Below, piece by piece: positions 61,829 through 64,000 of a stretch of 64,000 bases of DNA. This DNA is from Zygnema circumcarinatum SAG 698-1b (Eukaryota > Plantae > Zygnematophyceae), in the NCBI GenBank assembly GCA_037447605.1, contig CM074815.1, forward strand, positions 2,356,001 to 2,420,000. Direction: 5' to 3'. Below the pieces are notes generated by a model, which did no database searches, was not told where the DNA came from, and was given only the letters and a program-made list of their open reading frames with translations. Within the stretch, counting starts at the first letter, position 1, and each line of letters begins with the position of its first letter. A program made the position numbers and the translations under genes.

Positions 61829-62392
61829 CGCTTTGGAACCTTTCTTTAAAGGGCTGTTTCGCCAAATATGCAGGTTAGGAACTGCCTCATAGGAAGTGCC
61901 TTTCATGTTTTATTTTGGCTTGCTTTTGGGAATTGCAGGGCATAGAAACTGAGCCCTGTATTGTATTCTGAAGGTTAAGATGAAGTGTTCGGGAGCATAC
62001 AAGAATTGCTTCTAAACGAAGCAATAATAGAACTCGTCATTTACGCCATGCAGCTGACATTTTTTTTTGAATGAAATGGAGATAACGGCAAAAGGAGTTC
62101 CTGTGTTCACCTCAAAGCAGAATTTCCGCAAGTAAACGCGGAAACCTGTTGTTTTCCCAGATAGCAGCAAAAAACTGTCGCCTCCAACCTTCACTTGAAC
62201 ATTCTCTGCAGACTCCAGCTGAGCCATTCCACACACGAAAAACTATTAAAAACCCATACACATGATCGCAGGTACGGGAATCATAAAAAAAAACAAAATA
62301 GCTATTGCGGAACACAAATGACAGCAACAAAGTGAACGAAGAGGTGTAGCATGTTCACGAAACCTCCCGTTTCCTAGTTTCCCAGTCAGTAC

Positions 62393-62650
62393 CTTCTCCT
62401 TCACCAGCCTTCCAAGTATGTTTGAGAGTAACCCTCCCACTATGCTGAACCCCGGCCCTTCCCCCGCCCTGTCGGAGAAGATCGGCCATAGACTGTACTC
62501 AGACTGCGCTGCGATTCGCCCTTCCTCCACATTGTCGCTCAGCGTGACATCTGTCACAGGTATTAACGGCGGCTGAAACTTACTGCCAGTGAGGGCAATC
62601 GCTCGAGAGGGAGACTCGGGCAAAGACGTCTGCTCGGTTGGAAGAGGGGA

Positions 62651-62681
<31 letters not shown>

Positions 62682-62691
62682 NNNNNNNNNN

Positions 62692-62730
<39 letters not shown>

Positions 62731-63829
62731 GTGAGGGGATGGAATGTACATGAAAGCAGGAAGTACATGGAACATTGGAAGGAAACAAAGGGGTCCATAG
62801 TTCTGTGACGTTTCACAGAACTCAGCTCTAACATCGATTATGAAATAGCAAAGTCAGCTTTGAGGGAATTCCTGCGTTTATATGGCATTCATACAGACGC
62901 ATTCCAAAACCATGTGCCATGTTCTATGCAGTTGAATGAGTTGGCCTTGCTGCCTGCACGCGTTTGGGGGTAGGCAAACAAAGACATCTTCAGTGAGATG
63001 GAAGTCAGCTCGCACCTGTACACTTTCAGCCGCCGGCATTTGTAGCAGGCAGTAAAATGACCCCGCTACAAGGCCGATCAGAAACATTAGGCCAAGAACG
63101 AGCCATCGTAGAAAACTATTTTCCGGGCTGCTTTCGGATTCGTCGAAGGCCAATGTAACTGCAACATTTTCCGGATTGGCAGTTACGACCTGCACAATCT
63201 CTGTATCTGGTAGAAGGACTGTTTCGTTCGACTTGCTGACAACATAGTCGCTGGTTTGGGTAGCTGTTCCCCCCTGCAGATTGTAAACACTCGCAGTAGC
63301 CGGCATCCTTTCATCGGTGAGGGTATCTGCTACAATGCTTCCGGAATCAGAATGACTTGAAGTGACTTCCAGTACATTCAATTCTGCTGTTGCATCGTTT
63401 GAATTCGAAACAAGTACTCGCCGAAGTGCAGGCCGTCGAAGGTCGGAATGAATCCTAGACTTGAAAAGTCGTAGCAATTCGGTCCAGAAGAACTTGCCAT
63501 ATTGTGCATCGACGATGGGAGCCATTATTGAGAAGGAATGCCTGTCAAAAGCACAGCAGAAAGAGGAACGGAAACTTCATAAGTTTCTAAACTTGCTATT
63601 TCCATAATTGACAAAGCACCTTAGCACGTTTAAGCTTTTGCTGCATTCTCCTTTCGCATTCTCCTTTTCACTGTCCATCCATCCGCACAAGGCAAAACTG
63701 AACCCTCCTCACCATCGCGCTTCGCTCAAATCTGCCGAAATCTCGCCACTTGATCCGACGGCCCACAGGAGGTCCACTGGTTGCGTGCGCAAGTAAGCGA
63801 TTTCCTTTGTGCCAATTTTCTGCTCAAAC
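62393..63829 (-). CDS. Partial multi-exon gene for an unknown single-pass membrane protein; 5' end outside the window, 3' end unresolved
   Basis: Exons 63829-63713 and 63541-63016 splice in frame; hydrophobic FLRWLVLGLMFLIGLVAGSFYCLL; probable further exon ending at 62393. Confidence 0.55.
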
Positions 63830-64000
63830 CTGTCGTCGCCAAAGGTCACACGATCATGCTATTTAAGTTAGCATGTGCATATGTTTTTTAGTTAGTTAGT
63901 TAGTTAGTTTCACGTGTGTTAGACATGATCTCGAGGATGCAAGCCATGTGAGGAAGAGCCTTAGTTTATCTTTCGCTTTGTACCATACAGAAAAGAGATG

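Noticed and set aside
62652-62729. Poly-proline coding tract
   Set aside because: A poly-G homopolymer with an internal N gap; length and frame are unreliable.

Overview
Eukaryotic nuclear DNA with GT-AG introns, plant-type Ty1/Copia and Ty3/Gypsy elements and CDPK-superfamily kinases. It is probably from the green-plant lineage, perhaps a streptophyte alga, but the taxon cannot be fixed from the sequence alone. The window is bipartite. Positions 1-31.4 kb are a dense nest of related Copia subfamilies (my own labels U, V, W, X, Y, Z and Q) inserted into one another and into a 174-bp satellite. This half also holds a Gypsy-disrupted carboxylesterase, a short tRNA-like LTR, a 1.2-kb (TTTTCCCTC)n tract and a ~93-bp palindrome-bearing tandem repeat; overall it looks centromere/pericentromere-like. 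Positions 31.4-64 kb are gene space: two paralogous CDPK-like kinases without EF hands flank a gene of at least 15 exons for a bacterial-type LarA/DUF2088 (nickel-pincer lactate racemase family) protein, followed by an intronless third kinase, hAT and MULE-type MITEs, and two hypothetical genes. Best leads: the intron-rich LarA-like gene, the self-nesting satellite-associated Copia clade (Gag starts inside the LTR; conserved integrase C-terminal motif), and the tRNA-derived mini-LTR. Several TE segments next to N gaps look like low-quality consensus, so some junctions need read support. All family assignments come from motif recognition by eye; no searches were run.
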